Below, piece by piece: positions 19,583-29,371 of a stretch of 64,000 bases of DNA. Each line of letters opens with the position of its first letter. Positions within the stretch are counted from its first letter, which is position 1. A program made the position numbers and the translations under genes. Below the pieces are notes generated by a model, which had not been told where the DNA came from, did not search any database, and saw only the letters and a program-made list of their open reading frames with translations. The stretch is from an uncultured Gemmatimonadales bacterium (GTDB lineage: Bacteria; Gemmatimonadota; Gemmatimonadetes; Longimicrobiales; RSA9): positions 416,001 through 480,000 of the forward strand of contig CAWCRS010000008.1 of assembly GCA_963798085.1 (NCBI GenBank), written 5' to 3'.

Positions 19583-21082
19583 CTACGCCGCTCCGGGCGG
19601 TCCGAACCAGGTGGTCAGCGCGTCAGCGAGCCCCAGCCGGGTTCCTTCTCCCACCCAGGCCACATATCCGTCGGGCCGAATCAAGACGGCGCCCGGAGGC
19701 GTGACCGCCCCGAGTACCGGAAGCTCCCACAGGCCAGTGTATTCGGCGTCGATGAGTCCAACCCGATCTGCCCATGGACGGATGTCGAAGCTGCCGGGCT
19801 CACCGAAGTTGAGCAGCACAGGCCGCGCATCGTGCAGCAGCGTGAAGACTCGCAGCGCGCCGTTCGTGGTGACCAGGTCGAGATCGGGCATGCGCCGCCC
19901 GAGCAGCGGGTGTCCCTCGCCCAGGTCGTAATGAATGTCGAGACCCGACATCATCGCGGCGACCCGCTTGCGAGGCTCGTCCATGCCGAGCAGCTCGGAG
20001 ATGATATCGCGCAAGGCGTTGGTGCGATCATCGGTGCGGAGCAGCGCGACTTGCGCCATCGTATCGCGCAGCACGCGGGCCGCAATGGGATGCCGCTCGG
20101 CATGGTACGTATCGAGCAAGCTTTCTGGCGACGTCTTCCTGACGACCTGGGCCAGCTTCCAGCCCAGATTCACGGCATCCTGCACACCGATGTTGAGGCC
20201 CTGTCCGCCCACCGGGTAATGCACGTGCGCGGCGTCGCCGGCCAGCAGCACCCGACCCTTGCGGTAGGACGCCGCCTGCCGAGCCATGTCGGTGAAGCGC
20301 GAAATCCAGGCGGGCCTGTGAATCCCGAAGTCGGTCCCGTAGGCGGCGATCAGGGCCTCGCTCAGATCGCGCAGCGTGGGTTCGTCGGTGCGGCCGACGT
20401 GCGCTTCGGTCACCATGACGCGTACTGGCCCGCCATCCTTGAAGACCACCACGCCGTCGCGGATCTCGTACTCCAGCTTGCCGAGCGAATGGATGCCGGT
20501 GGCGTCGCGACGGACGCCCAGTTCCGGCTTCTCCGTCATCTCGACCTCCGCGATCACGTTGCTGATCGTCGCATCCCACCCGGGGAACTCGATGCCGGCG
20601 GCCTTGCGGATCAGACTGCGTCCGCCATCACAGCCGACGAGATACTCCGCTCGCAGTGAGGCGCCATCGGCCAGCTCTACGTCGACGCCGGTGTCGTCCT
20701 GCGCGAAACCCGTCACTTCGCGTCCGCAATGAATCGGCACCGCGAGTTCGCCGACCCAGTCGGCGAGTATGCGCTCGATGCGGTTCTGCCACAGCCCGAG
20801 GCCGTAGGCGTGGCGCGTGGGAAAGTCGCTGATGTCCAGACGGATCCAGCCGAACCCCGCGACCTGGGCCACCTGCCCCTGCGCGAGGAAGCGATCCGCG
20901 ATGCCGCGTTGATCGAGGACCTCGATCGTGCGTGCGTGCAGACCGCCTGCGCGCCCCCCGGGGAGGTCCTGACTCTCGCGTCGCTCGACAATCGCCACGT
21001 CGACGCCTGCCAGCGCCAATTCGCCCGCCAGCATCAGCCCTGTCGGACCTCCACCGGCGATCACCACGGCATGCCCGGTCAT
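19583..21082 (-). CDS. Class A FAD-dependent monooxygenase, rifampin monooxygenase (Rox)-like
   Basis: VVIAGGGPTGLMLAGEL, GLHARTIEVLDQRG, YLVGCDGGRS, RVLLAGDAAHVHYPVGGQGLNIGVQDAVNLGWKLA, HPLLGRRMPDL, LIRPDGYVAW, ALTTWFG. Confidence 0.85.
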   Translation of the reverse strand: MTGHAVVIAGGGPTGLMLAGELALAGVDVAIVERRESQDLPGGRAGGLHARTIEVLDQRGIADRFLAQGQVAQVAGFGWIRLDISDFPTRHAYGLGLWQNRIERILADWVGELAVPIHCGREVTGFAQDDTGVDVELADGASLRAEYLVGCDGGRSLIRKAAGIEFPGWDATISNVIAEVEMTEKPELGVRRDATGIHSLGKLEYEIRDGVVVFKDGGPVRVMVTEAHVGRTDEPTLRDLSEALIAAYGTDFGIHRPAWISRFTDMARQAASYRKGRVLLAGDAAHVHYPVGGQGLNIGVQDAVNLGWKLAQVVRKTSPESLLDTYHAERHPIAARVLRDTMAQVALLRTDDRTNALRDIISELLGMDEPRKRVAAMMSGLDIHYDLGEGHPLLGRRMPDLDLVTTNGALRVFTLLHDARPVLLNFGEPGSFDIRPWADRVGLIDAEYTGLWELPVLGAVTPPGAVLIRPDGYVAWVGEGTRLGLADALTTWFGPPGAA

Positions 21083-21192
21083 CGCCAGACTCCGGTCGGC
21101 ATCACGCTGGTCGGGATCGGCGCATCCCATTTCTCGTCAGCCGCGGCGACGGTGTCGAACCCGCACCCGTACGCCGGCCACAATACACGCAT
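21079..21192 (-). CDS. Putative leader ORF (37 aa) coupled to the monooxygenase
   Basis: AGGAGG RBS then ATG; MRVLWPAYGCGFDTVAAADEKWDAPIPTSVMPTGVWR; its TGA overlaps the downstream ATG (ATGA). Alternative in-frame ATG at 21222. Confidence 0.4.
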   Translation of the reverse strand: MRVLWPAYGCGFDTVAAADEKWDAPIPTSVMPTGVWR

Positions 21193-21252
21193 TGTGCGCC
21201 TCCTGTCCCGCACGTTCTGCATTTCTCCGGCCGGCAATCATGCCGGACGACC

Positions 21253-21271
21253 CGGGCTTGATACAAGCCCC
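21253..21271. promoter_or_regulatory. Rifamycin-associated element (RAE)-like palindrome
   Basis: cGGGCTTG-ATA-CAAGCCCc, 7-bp perfect arms, resembling the actinobacterial RAE GGGGCTTGCGGCAAGGCCC; lies upstream of the Rox-like gene. Confidence 0.65.
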
Positions 21272-21480
21272 CCGGTACCCACTACATTGGGGTGGAGCGG
21301 CAGGTACTTTCGCTGGTGCTCGGGCACCGGCGCGGATTTCGGCTAACACGTCATTTCAGGCTGGGGCCCCGAGCTGGCGAACCGCTGGGCGGCGGATTCG
21401 GCGTGGCGCTACGGCGTGTCGTGGGGTTGATCGCGTTCCTGCAGCCGGGTTGGCTTCCGGGCTGAACCCGCGTGCTTTGC

Positions 21481-22138
21481 TCAGGGCGGGTTCTTGCGTT
21501 TCGCGATAGCGAGAACGATCGGGGATTCGGCATAGTCCCTTCCGCCCGGCCCGGTGCCGGTCGGTACGCTCCCGAAACGCATGATCGTCCCATTGCGGAG
21601 GACACACATCGTGCGGGCGGTGCTCGCCGCGACCCATTGCACGTGGGTCAGTCCACGAACCGGCGCCGGCATCCCGCCCGGATGCCCCACTTCGCCCACC
21701 CTCGTGTCTCCCCACGAGACGACCGTGCCGGCCGAAGTGATCGCGACAATGTGCTCGGATCCCATGGCGAGCCGGGTGATCCCTTCGACGTCCCAACTCG
21801 CCCCGGAAGTTCGCACCCCAGGCGAGCACCTGCCCACCTCTGCTAAGCGCATACGTCGAATTGCCGGAGCACGCCATGGCGGCGATGTCACGCAGAGCCG
21901 GGATCTCGAACGCGGTGTACGCGGGCACCGGGTCCCTTGCGCCAAGGCCGAATCGACCACTGAGGCTCCTGCTGAGCGCCCATGCCTTGACCGTGCCGTC
22001 CGCTTCGATCAGGTAAGTGCTCTCCCCTGCCGTGATCAGCTGACCGCCGGGCGCCGCCCGCGCACGGCTCCGCAGCACCAGCGGCATGAGTCCCAGCACC
22101 GCCAGCGCCTCGCGCCTGCTGAGAACCGATCGGCTCAT
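21481..22138 (-). pseudogene. RCC1-repeat protein, broken near 21793
   Basis: Tat-like SRREAL leader. STYALSRGGQVLAWGANFRGELG is followed by a frame change to AMGSEHIVAITSAGTVVSWG; the usual inter-blade linker is missing. Confidence 0.65.
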
Positions 22139-22812
22139 GGCTGCATCAGCAGACGTCGAAATGGGATTGGGATCCGGCGGCAAGCCCTCCACAGCGGCCG
22201 GCACCGCCTGCAGAGCGGTCCTGCAACGGGGCCTGGCCGCATCATGGATTACCGTGAAATATGCGCCGGTTGCCGGGAGAGAGACAGTCTGACTGTTAGC
22301 AGCAAGGCGGCCCGAGCGCGCTTCCAGCGCATCGCCTGCATGCGGTCGAGGCGGGTGGCACCAGTCGCCTGCCGCGGCGCGTGGCCCCGCCCCGCGATTC
22401 GCCGCGCGGGGGTCATCGACAGCCCTGCTCCTTCGTTGACGACTCCATCACGCCCGACGTCGGGCCAGCCGGCAGCTCCCGGCTCGCGCGTCGACAGGAA
22501 TGCCCTTTGTCCCTAACCGAGCGTTAGAGCGGTGCGGTCCGGACGCGCATCGGGTGACTCCTCGGAACACCCGCATGAAGAGCAGGAGGAGCCGGGTCGG
22601 GAAGTTCGCCCAGAGTGGCCGCGGGATCACCTGCGCGCCATAGTTCTGCGCAGACTGGCGGGCGCGGGATCGTGGCGGGTGGGCTGACGCGTGGCCGCGT
22701 TGTCGTGAGCCGCCGCGACTGGCGCAAACCGCCCGCCGAGCGTTTCTTGGATGCATCAGGGTCGAACTGGTTCGACGCCACCCAGCAGCACAGCAGCCAC
22801 GCGGAGCCTGCA

Positions 22813-24225
22813 ATGCATTTGCGCGTCCGGTCATTCAGCGTTCTCATCGCCGCACTGATCGCTTCGCCCCTCAGCGCCCGGCAGCTCACGTCCGCGGAGC
22901 AGGCGCGTGTGGACAGCGCCGCCGAGGCCGTGCTCGCGGGCACGGGTGCGCCGAGCGCGTCCATCGCCATCGTGCGTAACGGCCGGATCGTGTACGAGCA
23001 CGCCTGGGGGCGCGGCCGGGTTGATCCCGACGTGCCGGCCACGACGGCAATGCGCTACGCGATCGGGTCCAACAGCAAGCAATTCTGCGCCGCCGCCATC
23101 CTCATGCTGGCCGAGCAGCACAAGCTGTCACTCGACGACCCCGTGTCGCGGTGGTTTCCGCGGCTCACCCGCGCCAACGACATCACCATCCGCGAGCTGC
23201 TGTCGATGACGTCCGGCTACCAGGACTTCTGGCCCCAGGACTACGTGATGACGGTGGACCCCGACATGCGCAAACCGGTGAGCGCGGACGACGTGATGCG
23301 ACGCTGGGCGATGATCCCGCTGGACTTCGAGCCCGGGACCCAGTGGCAGTACAGCAACACGAACTACGTGATCGCGGCAGCCATCGTAGAGAAGGTCAGC
23401 GGCATGAAGTTCATGGATTTCCTGCGGCAGCACATCATCACGCCGCTGCACATGACGTCGGTCGCCGACTTCGACGCGGGATGGATGAACGCGCAGGACG
23501 CGCAGCCGCTGCTGCGCAATGGTCTGGGCTCGCTGCGGCCGGCGCCCGACGGCGGCCCCGGGTGGATGTGGGGCGCCGGCGAGCTGGCGATGACGGCGCA
23601 TGACCTGGCGTTGTGGGACATCGCCATGATCCGGCAGTCGCTGATGCAGCCGGCGTCATACCGCGCACAGCAGACCGACATGCTGCTGACGAATGGCCTC
23701 GCCACGGGCTACGGTCTGGGAATCAACGTCGGCCGGTTCAACGGGCATCGCATGCTCTCGCACGGCGGTGCGGTCTCGGGCTACACCTCGCGCAACACGG
23801 TCTTCCCCGACGACTCGGCGGCAATCGTGGTACTGACGAACATCTATCCAGGCGCCGCCGGCGCGCCCGACCAGATCGCGGGCCGCATCGCCAGCATCAT
23901 CCTGCCCCAGGCGGATACGGCGGAGTCCGCGGCGCTTGCGCAGGTGCGTGCCATCTACACCGGGCTGATGCGCGGGACCGTGGACCGGTCGCTGTTCACG
24001 CCGAACTGCAGCGCCTACTTCGACGCGACCACGCTCCGGGACTACGCGGCGAGCCTCGGCCCGCTCGGCGAGCCCACGGAGATCACGCCGAGCGGCTACT
24101 CGCTGCGCGGCGGTATGGCGATCCGCTCCTATCGCATCCGGGCGGGCAATGTGGTCATGGGACTGACCACAATGACGATGCCGGACGGAAAGATCGAGCA
24201 GTACATCGTGTCGCGCGCCGGGTAG
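22813..24225 (+). CDS. Serine hydrolase, beta-lactamase/PBP-like family (S12)
   Basis: Signal peptide; IGSNSKQF (SxxK), WQYSNTNY (YxN), HGG motif. Confidence 0.9.
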   Translation: MHLRVRSFSVLIAALIASPLSARQLTSAEQARVDSAAEAVLAGTGAPSASIAIVRNGRIVYEHAWGRGRVDPDVPATTAMRYAIGSNSKQFCAAAILMLAEQHKLSLDDPVSRWFPRLTRANDITIRELLSMTSGYQDFWPQDYVMTVDPDMRKPVSADDVMRRWAMIPLDFEPGTQWQYSNTNYVIAAAIVEKVSGMKFMDFLRQHIITPLHMTSVADFDAGWMNAQDAQPLLRNGLGSLRPAPDGGPGWMWGAGELAMTAHDLALWDIAMIRQSLMQPASYRAQQTDMLLTNGLATGYGLGINVGRFNGHRMLSHGGAVSGYTSRNTVFPDDSAAIVVLTNIYPGAAGAPDQIAGRIASIILPQADTAESAALAQVRAIYTGLMRGTVDRSLFTPNCSAYFDATTLRDYAASLGPLGEPTEITPSGYSLRGGMAIRSYRIRAGNVVMGLTTMTMPDGKIEQYIVSRAG

Positions 24226-24337
24226 CGCCGCGTGACGGGACTGGCGCGCTGGACTTCGAGTCGAGTTGCGCGTTCCCAGCTCGAGCCCGAGAAACGATTC
24301 TCGAGAGGCCCGCGCACTCCGCAAGGGAGCGTGAACG

Positions 24338-26203
24338 CTATTCCTGCTCAGCCCGGCCGAGGATGCGAAAGCGGAGATTGAGCAGGCCCCGGCGGTAGCG
24401 GGTGCCCTCGCGGAACGGCTGGGGATCGCGCAGATGGAAGACGAGCGTCTTCGTGCGTGTGCGCTCGCCAAGGGACAGCACGCCGCCTGCTGCGGTCTCG
24501 AAGTAGAACTCCCCACCGGAAGCAGCGCGGCCATCGGCGTTGGCGACACTCACAGCGCCCAGTTCGGACTGGAGACTGCTCAGCTGCAGTGCGAACGGGC
24601 CCACCAGCGGTGCTTTCGACGCACTCAGCAGGCGGGTGCGCACGGTGATGGTGCGGCTGGCGCGATCGTACTGCGCGTCGAAGCTCTCCAGCGTGACGCG
24701 GCTTGTGATGTCGATGAGCGGGCTTCCCAACCCTGTGTTATAAGGCGAAGCGGGCGGTGCGTCCGCCATGGCGCGCACCAGGCGAACCGGGGCGGTCCAG
24801 ACCTGCGGGATGCCGCTGGAATTGTCGACCCAGACGGGATGGAACGTGCCCGCGGCATCAGCCACCAGGCCGGCGGTGTCGCCACCGAGGAACGTGAAGG
24901 TGTTGAGCGCCACTTCGAGCGTCCCCGCCTGGCCGGCCGGCTGGGCGGTGCGTGTCTCGAGGATCCAGCGATCGTCCGCGCCGAAGGTGGTGCCATGCTG
25001 CGAAACGGCCACGCTGGGCTGGAAGGTGTCGCCACCATCGAACGATGCGGCGAAGCGCACGTCCCAGCCCAGATCATCCGCGCGGTCGCGCCGGTCGTAC
25101 CAGCTCAGGCCCACCACGCCATCGCGGTTCACGTCAATGGCGGGCATGAAATCGTCGGCTGCACTCTGTACCGGTGCATCACGCACCGCGTGCGGTGCCG
25201 ACCAGGTGCGCCCGCGGTCCCGCGACACGCTCATGCGGATCGACGTGTGACCATCCTTGTACTCGGGCCAGACCACATACAGCCGGTCGCGATACGCACT
25301 GCTCGAAGGGTCCACCGCCAGCACGGGCAGGTTGCTGGTGTTGTTGTGCCCGCCCTTGCGACCGGAGACGAGAGCCACCGGCGCAATGTCGACCGGTGCC
25401 TCGAAGCTGGCGCCTCCGTCGCGTGAGACCGCAATGCGCAGCAGCGCGTGCATGGCGTCGTCACCGGGAGCGGCACCGGTGCGCTCCACAATGGCGCTGA
25501 ACAGCGCGACCACGGTGCCGTCAGAGAGTAATACCGTGTTACCCATGACGGGTGTGGCGGGCAGGCGCGGCACGCGGGAATCGACGAAGGTGCTGCCGCC
25601 ATCGGTCGAGTAGAAGCCCGCGAGGCTGCCCGCGCCCGGGCCGACGCGGCCATTGCCGACCACATAGACGCGTCCCCGGCGCGCGCCCGCTGACTGATCG
25701 ACGGCGATGTACTCGCGATCTGAATAGGTGAAGGGCAGCGGCCCGGTCCAGCTGTCGCCGCCATCGGCCGAGCGGTAGAGCAGCATGCGCCGGTCGGCGG
25801 CCACGGAGCCGGGCGCGAGGAGCGAGGCGACGAAGTACGCTTCACCATCCGGCCCGTACGCGACGGCTGGATCGCCGCTGAAGCTGCCCGCGAATGCCGC
25901 GGGCGGGGTCTCGAGCGTCGGCGTCCAGGTGTCGCCGCCATCATGCGAAACGTATGCAATGGAGCCGCTGGCACCGGGTGCGCCGCCGGGCTGGAACATC
26001 GAGCCCACCAGCAGGCGGGAGGCGTCTGTGGGATGCGCGGCCACCAGTACTTCGTAATGCGCATCGCCGCCGCGCGCGCGGCTCACGAGCACGTTCGGTC
26101 CCACGCTGACACGCCAGTTCGCGGCTGTTCCCTGTGCCGCGAGCGGGAGCGCGCACCGTAGCAGGAGCGCGGCGGTCAGAACGCCGGTGTCATGTTTTTT
26201 CAC
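24338..26203 (-). CDS. Exported sialidase-like/BNR (Asp-box) repeat protein
   Basis: Multiple SxDGGxTW Asp boxes (SHDGGDTW, SADGGDSW, STDGGSTF, SRDRGRTW, SFDGGDTF); signal peptide; start uncertain. Confidence 0.8.
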   Translation of the reverse strand: MKKHDTGVLTAALLLRCALPLAAQGTAANWRVSVGPNVLVSRARGGDAHYEVLVAAHPTDASRLLVGSMFQPGGAPGASGSIAYVSHDGGDTWTPTLETPPAAFAGSFSGDPAVAYGPDGEAYFVASLLAPGSVAADRRMLLYRSADGGDSWTGPLPFTYSDREYIAVDQSAGARRGRVYVVGNGRVGPGAGSLAGFYSTDGGSTFVDSRVPRLPATPVMGNTVLLSDGTVVALFSAIVERTGAAPGDDAMHALLRIAVSRDGGASFEAPVDIAPVALVSGRKGGHNNTSNLPVLAVDPSSSAYRDRLYVVWPEYKDGHTSIRMSVSRDRGRTWSAPHAVRDAPVQSAADDFMPAIDVNRDGVVGLSWYDRRDRADDLGWDVRFAASFDGGDTFQPSVAVSQHGTTFGADDRWILETRTAQPAGQAGTLEVALNTFTFLGGDTAGLVADAAGTFHPVWVDNSSGIPQVWTAPVRLVRAMADAPPASPYNTGLGSPLIDITSRVTLESFDAQYDRASRTITVRTRLLSASKAPLVGPFALQLSSLQSELGAVSVANADGRAASGGEFYFETAAGGVLSLGERTRTKTLVFHLRDPQPFREGTRYRRGLLNLRFRILGRAEQE

Positions 26204-26289
26204 GCAAACTTTCCGGTTGAGGCGGCCCGCGGGGATCGAGGCAAGATGGCTGCGCACCCCGGCCGCGGCCAATGGTCAAGGCATGGCTA

Positions 26290-26555
26290 TCGGACCGTCT
26301 TGGCATCCTTGGGTTTTGCTCCATGCCCCCATGATCGCGTCCCAGATGCACAGATGTGCCCCGCTTTCATGCTGTGCTGAGCCTCGTGGATAGTGGTTCC
26401 GGCCGAAACCCAAGAACGCCAGGACGGTCCGAACACAGGTTGGACTGAGCCGCGGGGATAGCCGTTCCCGCCAAGTCCCAGGAACGCCAGGACGGTCCGA
26501 ACACAGGTTGGCCTGAGCCGCGGGGATCGCGGTTCCGGTCGCGGCCAGGAATGCC
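26290..26555. repeat. 68-bp tandem repeat (about 2.6 copies) plus an upstream inverted partial copy
   Basis: Units start at 26377, 26445 and 26513; shared core GAACGCCAGGACGGTCCGAACACAGGTTGG in the first two units; 26290-26317 is the reverse complement of part of the unit. Confidence 0.85.
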
Positions 26556-26740
26556 GCACCAGACCGCATACGTCGGAGAGGGGCAGCCCGTGCGCACGTG
26601 TCCGGCGCGGGGAACGGTCGTCCCGCATGCGGTCGGCGACGGTCCCGGCGGCCCAGCGCGCATGGCCCTGCAAGCGCCAATGCAGCTTGCGCTTCAGGCC
26701 TGTGCTGCGGCGCGGTACGGCACTTGTTGGTGAGCGTTCT

Positions 26741-26785
26741 GGCTCTGGCGCTCTGGCGCTCTGGTGCTCCGGTGCTCCGGTGCTC
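26741..26785. repeat. 8-bp degenerate tandem repeat (GCTCTGGC/GCTCCGGT, about 5 copies)
   Basis: ggctctggcgctctggcgctctggtgctccggtgctccggtgctc. Confidence 0.75.
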
Positions 26786-26928
26786 ACCGCCACCTTGATC
26801 ATCACGATCACCGTGGTGCGGCGCTCGGTGCGCGAGGACCCTGACCCGCAGCACTCATGACCGGGAATGGTGCCGCAGCTGAGCGTCGCGACCGGCGGCC
26901 GAACGCGTTGAACCACGGGAGATGGACC

Positions 26929-29316
26929 ATGGAGCACCTCTGGCAGGATGTGCGCTTCGGCGCACGCGTGCTGATACGCAACCCGGCGCTGACACTGGTC
27001 GCGGTACTCACCCTGGCGCTGGGCGTGGGTGCCAACGCTGCGATCTTCACGGTTGTGAATGCCGTGTTGCTGCGGCCGCTGCCGTACCCGCACGCAGAGC
27101 AGCTCGTGCAGGTGTGGGAATCGGATCGCCAGCGCGGCGAGAACGGTCCGGTCTCGCCGCTCAATTATCGCGACTGGAAAGAGCAGAGCCGCACGGTCGA
27201 TCTGTCCGTCTACGAGTACGCGCGTTTCGTATTGACGGGCGAGGGCGAACCGCAGCCGCTGGTCGGGATTCAGGCGCCGCCGGATTTCTTCCGCATCATG
27301 CAGACGACGCCCGCGCTTGGACGCCTGCCGGACGGGCCGGACGATGCGCCCGAACCTTCCGTCGTGCTCTCGAACGGGCTGTGGCAGCGGCAATTCGGCG
27401 GCCGCGCGGATGTGATCGGAAAGAACATCACACTGAGCGGTCGCAGCTACACCGTCACGGGCGTGATGCCGGAGAGCTTCGTGCTGGGTGGCAACGTCAA
27501 TGCGTGGGCCACGCTGCAGATCGACTATGCGAACGAAACGCGCGGCAACCACTACCTCTACGGCATTGGCCGCCTGCGCCGGGGCGCCACGCTGGCGGGC
27601 GCGAGGAGCGAACTGGCCGCGCTGGCGCAGGCCATGTCGGAGAAGTATCCGGACACGAACCTGCGCTCGACCATCAAGCTCGTGCCATTGCGCGACCAGG
27701 TCGTGGGTTCGGCGCAGAATGCGCTGATCGCACTGCTCGTGGCCGTCGGCTTCGTTCTCCTGATCGCTTGCGCCAATGTCGTGAACGTGCTGCTGGCGCG
27801 CGCGTCGGGGCGCGCCACGGAAGTGGCGGTGCGCCGGGCGCTGGGCGCGGACACGCGACGCCTGGCCGGCCAGTTCCTGACCGAGGCGCTGCTGCTCACG
27901 ACGGTGGGCGGCGTCGCGGGCATGCTGCTCGCCGACTGGGGCGTGGAGCTGCTGGTCCGCCTCGCCGGCGGCGCATTGCCGCGCGCCGGCGAAGTACACA
28001 TCGACACCCGCGTGTTCGTTTTCACGCTGGCCTTGCTTACGTTGATCGCGCTGGTGCTGGGCCTGGCACAGGCGGCCGCGCTGGCGCGCACGGAACAGGG
28101 TGTTATCCTGCGCGACAGCAGCCGCAGCAGCACCGCGAGCCGCGGCAGACAGCGCACGCGTGCGCTGCTCGCGGTCGCGCAGCTGGCGCTGGCCCTGCCG
28201 CTGCTCACCGGAGCGACGCTGCTGCTCCGCACCGTATACGCACTGCAGCACGTGACGCCGGGATTCCAGGCGGGTGGCGTGCTCTCCCTGAACGTGTCGC
28301 TGCCGGCCGCACGGTACCCCAATGGCGCGCAGCAGGCAGCGTTCGTGCGCCAGGCCCTCGAGCGCATCAACAACATTCCCGGCGTTACCGCAGCGGGCAT
28401 GGTGAGCGATCTGCCGTTCGCCGGCTCGCGTTCAACCAGCTCGTTCGAGATTGACGGACGGCCGGAGGCGGAGGGTGGCAACGGGCCGGTCGCCGACTCG
28501 CACCGCGTAAGCCCGGGTTATTTCGCGGCCATGAACATCCCCGTCGTGCGCGGCCGCGGCATCCTGGACAGCAATGGCGCCAGCGCGCCCCGCACCATTG
28601 TCATCGACCAGGCCCTGGTCGCACGCTATTTCCCGGACGAAGAGGCGCTGGGCAGGACGATCGTGCTGTACGGCCAGAAGTGGCAGGTCGTCGGCATCCT
28701 GGGAAACGTGCTGCACGACGACCTGGAAGCACAGCCGGCACCCGAGTTCTATATCCCCATCCAGCAGATGCCACTCACACGGCTGTTTCTGGCCGTACGC
28801 ACCACCGGAGATCCGCTGCAGCTCAGCGAGCCGGTCAAGACAGCCGTGCGCGAAGTCGATCCCCAGCAGCCCGCCTTCTCCATTCGCACCATGTCGCAGC
28901 GGCTGGAGCAGTCGATCGCGCCGCAGCGGTCGACCCTGGTGCTGCTCGCCGTCTTCGCCAGTCTCGCCATCACGCTGGCTCTGGTGGGGTTGTACGGTGT
29001 GATTTCGTACGCCGTCGCACAGCGCATGCGCGAGATGGGCATCCGCGTGGCGCTGGGCGCGCAGCCGCGCGACCTGGCGCGCATGGTATACCGGCAGAGC
29101 ACACGCATCATTGCGACGGGCCTGGGCATCGGGCTGGCACTGGCAGTCGGCGTGTCCCGGGCGCTGCGCGGTCTGCTATTCGGCGTCAGGCCTGCCGATC
29201 CGCTGACGCTCGCGGGCGTGACCGTGCTGCTGGCGGCAGTCGCGCTGGTGGCGTGCGGCATCCCGGTGCGACGGGCCACCCGGGCCGACCCGATGGCCGT
29301 GCTGCGCCACGATTGA
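26929..29316 (+). CDS. ADOP-family duplicated ABC permease (2x MacB-PCD/FtsX)
   Basis: MEHLWQDVRFGARVL, TLALGVGANAAIF, LLIACANVVN, GLYGVISYAVAQRMREMGIRVALGA, DPMAVLRHD. Confidence 0.92.
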   Translation: MEHLWQDVRFGARVLIRNPALTLVAVLTLALGVGANAAIFTVVNAVLLRPLPYPHAEQLVQVWESDRQRGENGPVSPLNYRDWKEQSRTVDLSVYEYARFVLTGEGEPQPLVGIQAPPDFFRIMQTTPALGRLPDGPDDAPEPSVVLSNGLWQRQFGGRADVIGKNITLSGRSYTVTGVMPESFVLGGNVNAWATLQIDYANETRGNHYLYGIGRLRRGATLAGARSELAALAQAMSEKYPDTNLRSTIKLVPLRDQVVGSAQNALIALLVAVGFVLLIACANVVNVLLARASGRATEVAVRRALGADTRRLAGQFLTEALLLTTVGGVAGMLLADWGVELLVRLAGGALPRAGEVHIDTRVFVFTLALLTLIALVLGLAQAAALARTEQGVILRDSSRSSTASRGRQRTRALLAVAQLALALPLLTGATLLLRTVYALQHVTPGFQAGGVLSLNVSLPAARYPNGAQQAAFVRQALERINNIPGVTAAGMVSDLPFAGSRSTSSFEIDGRPEAEGGNGPVADSHRVSPGYFAAMNIPVVRGRGILDSNGASAPRTIVIDQALVARYFPDEEALGRTIVLYGQKWQVVGILGNVLHDDLEAQPAPEFYIPIQQMPLTRLFLAVRTTGDPLQLSEPVKTAVREVDPQQPAFSIRTMSQRLEQSIAPQRSTLVLLAVFASLAITLALVGLYGVISYAVAQRMREMGIRVALGAQPRDLARMVYRQSTRIIATGLGIGLALAVGVSRALRGLLFGVRPADPLTLAGVTVLLAAVALVACGIPVRRATRADPMAVLRHD

Positions 29317-29371
29317 GGCGAGGAAGCGGGTCAGAGGTGGATGGTCCGGGCCGCCACCTTTTAACGACTGG

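Noticed and set aside
22524..22700. Possible gene remnant on the minus strand (QNYGAQVIPRPLWANFPTRLLLLF)
   Set aside because: Short, with no credible start and no recognisable family.
22813..24225. Beta-lactam resistance gene
   Set aside because: SxxK/YxN/HGG serine hydrolases of this type are mostly peptidases or esterases; no class-specific beta-lactamase evidence.
26377..26555. Possible mini-CRISPR array
   Set aside because: The would-be spacers are similar to each other, there are fewer than 3 full units, and no cas genes are present; it is a tandem repeat.
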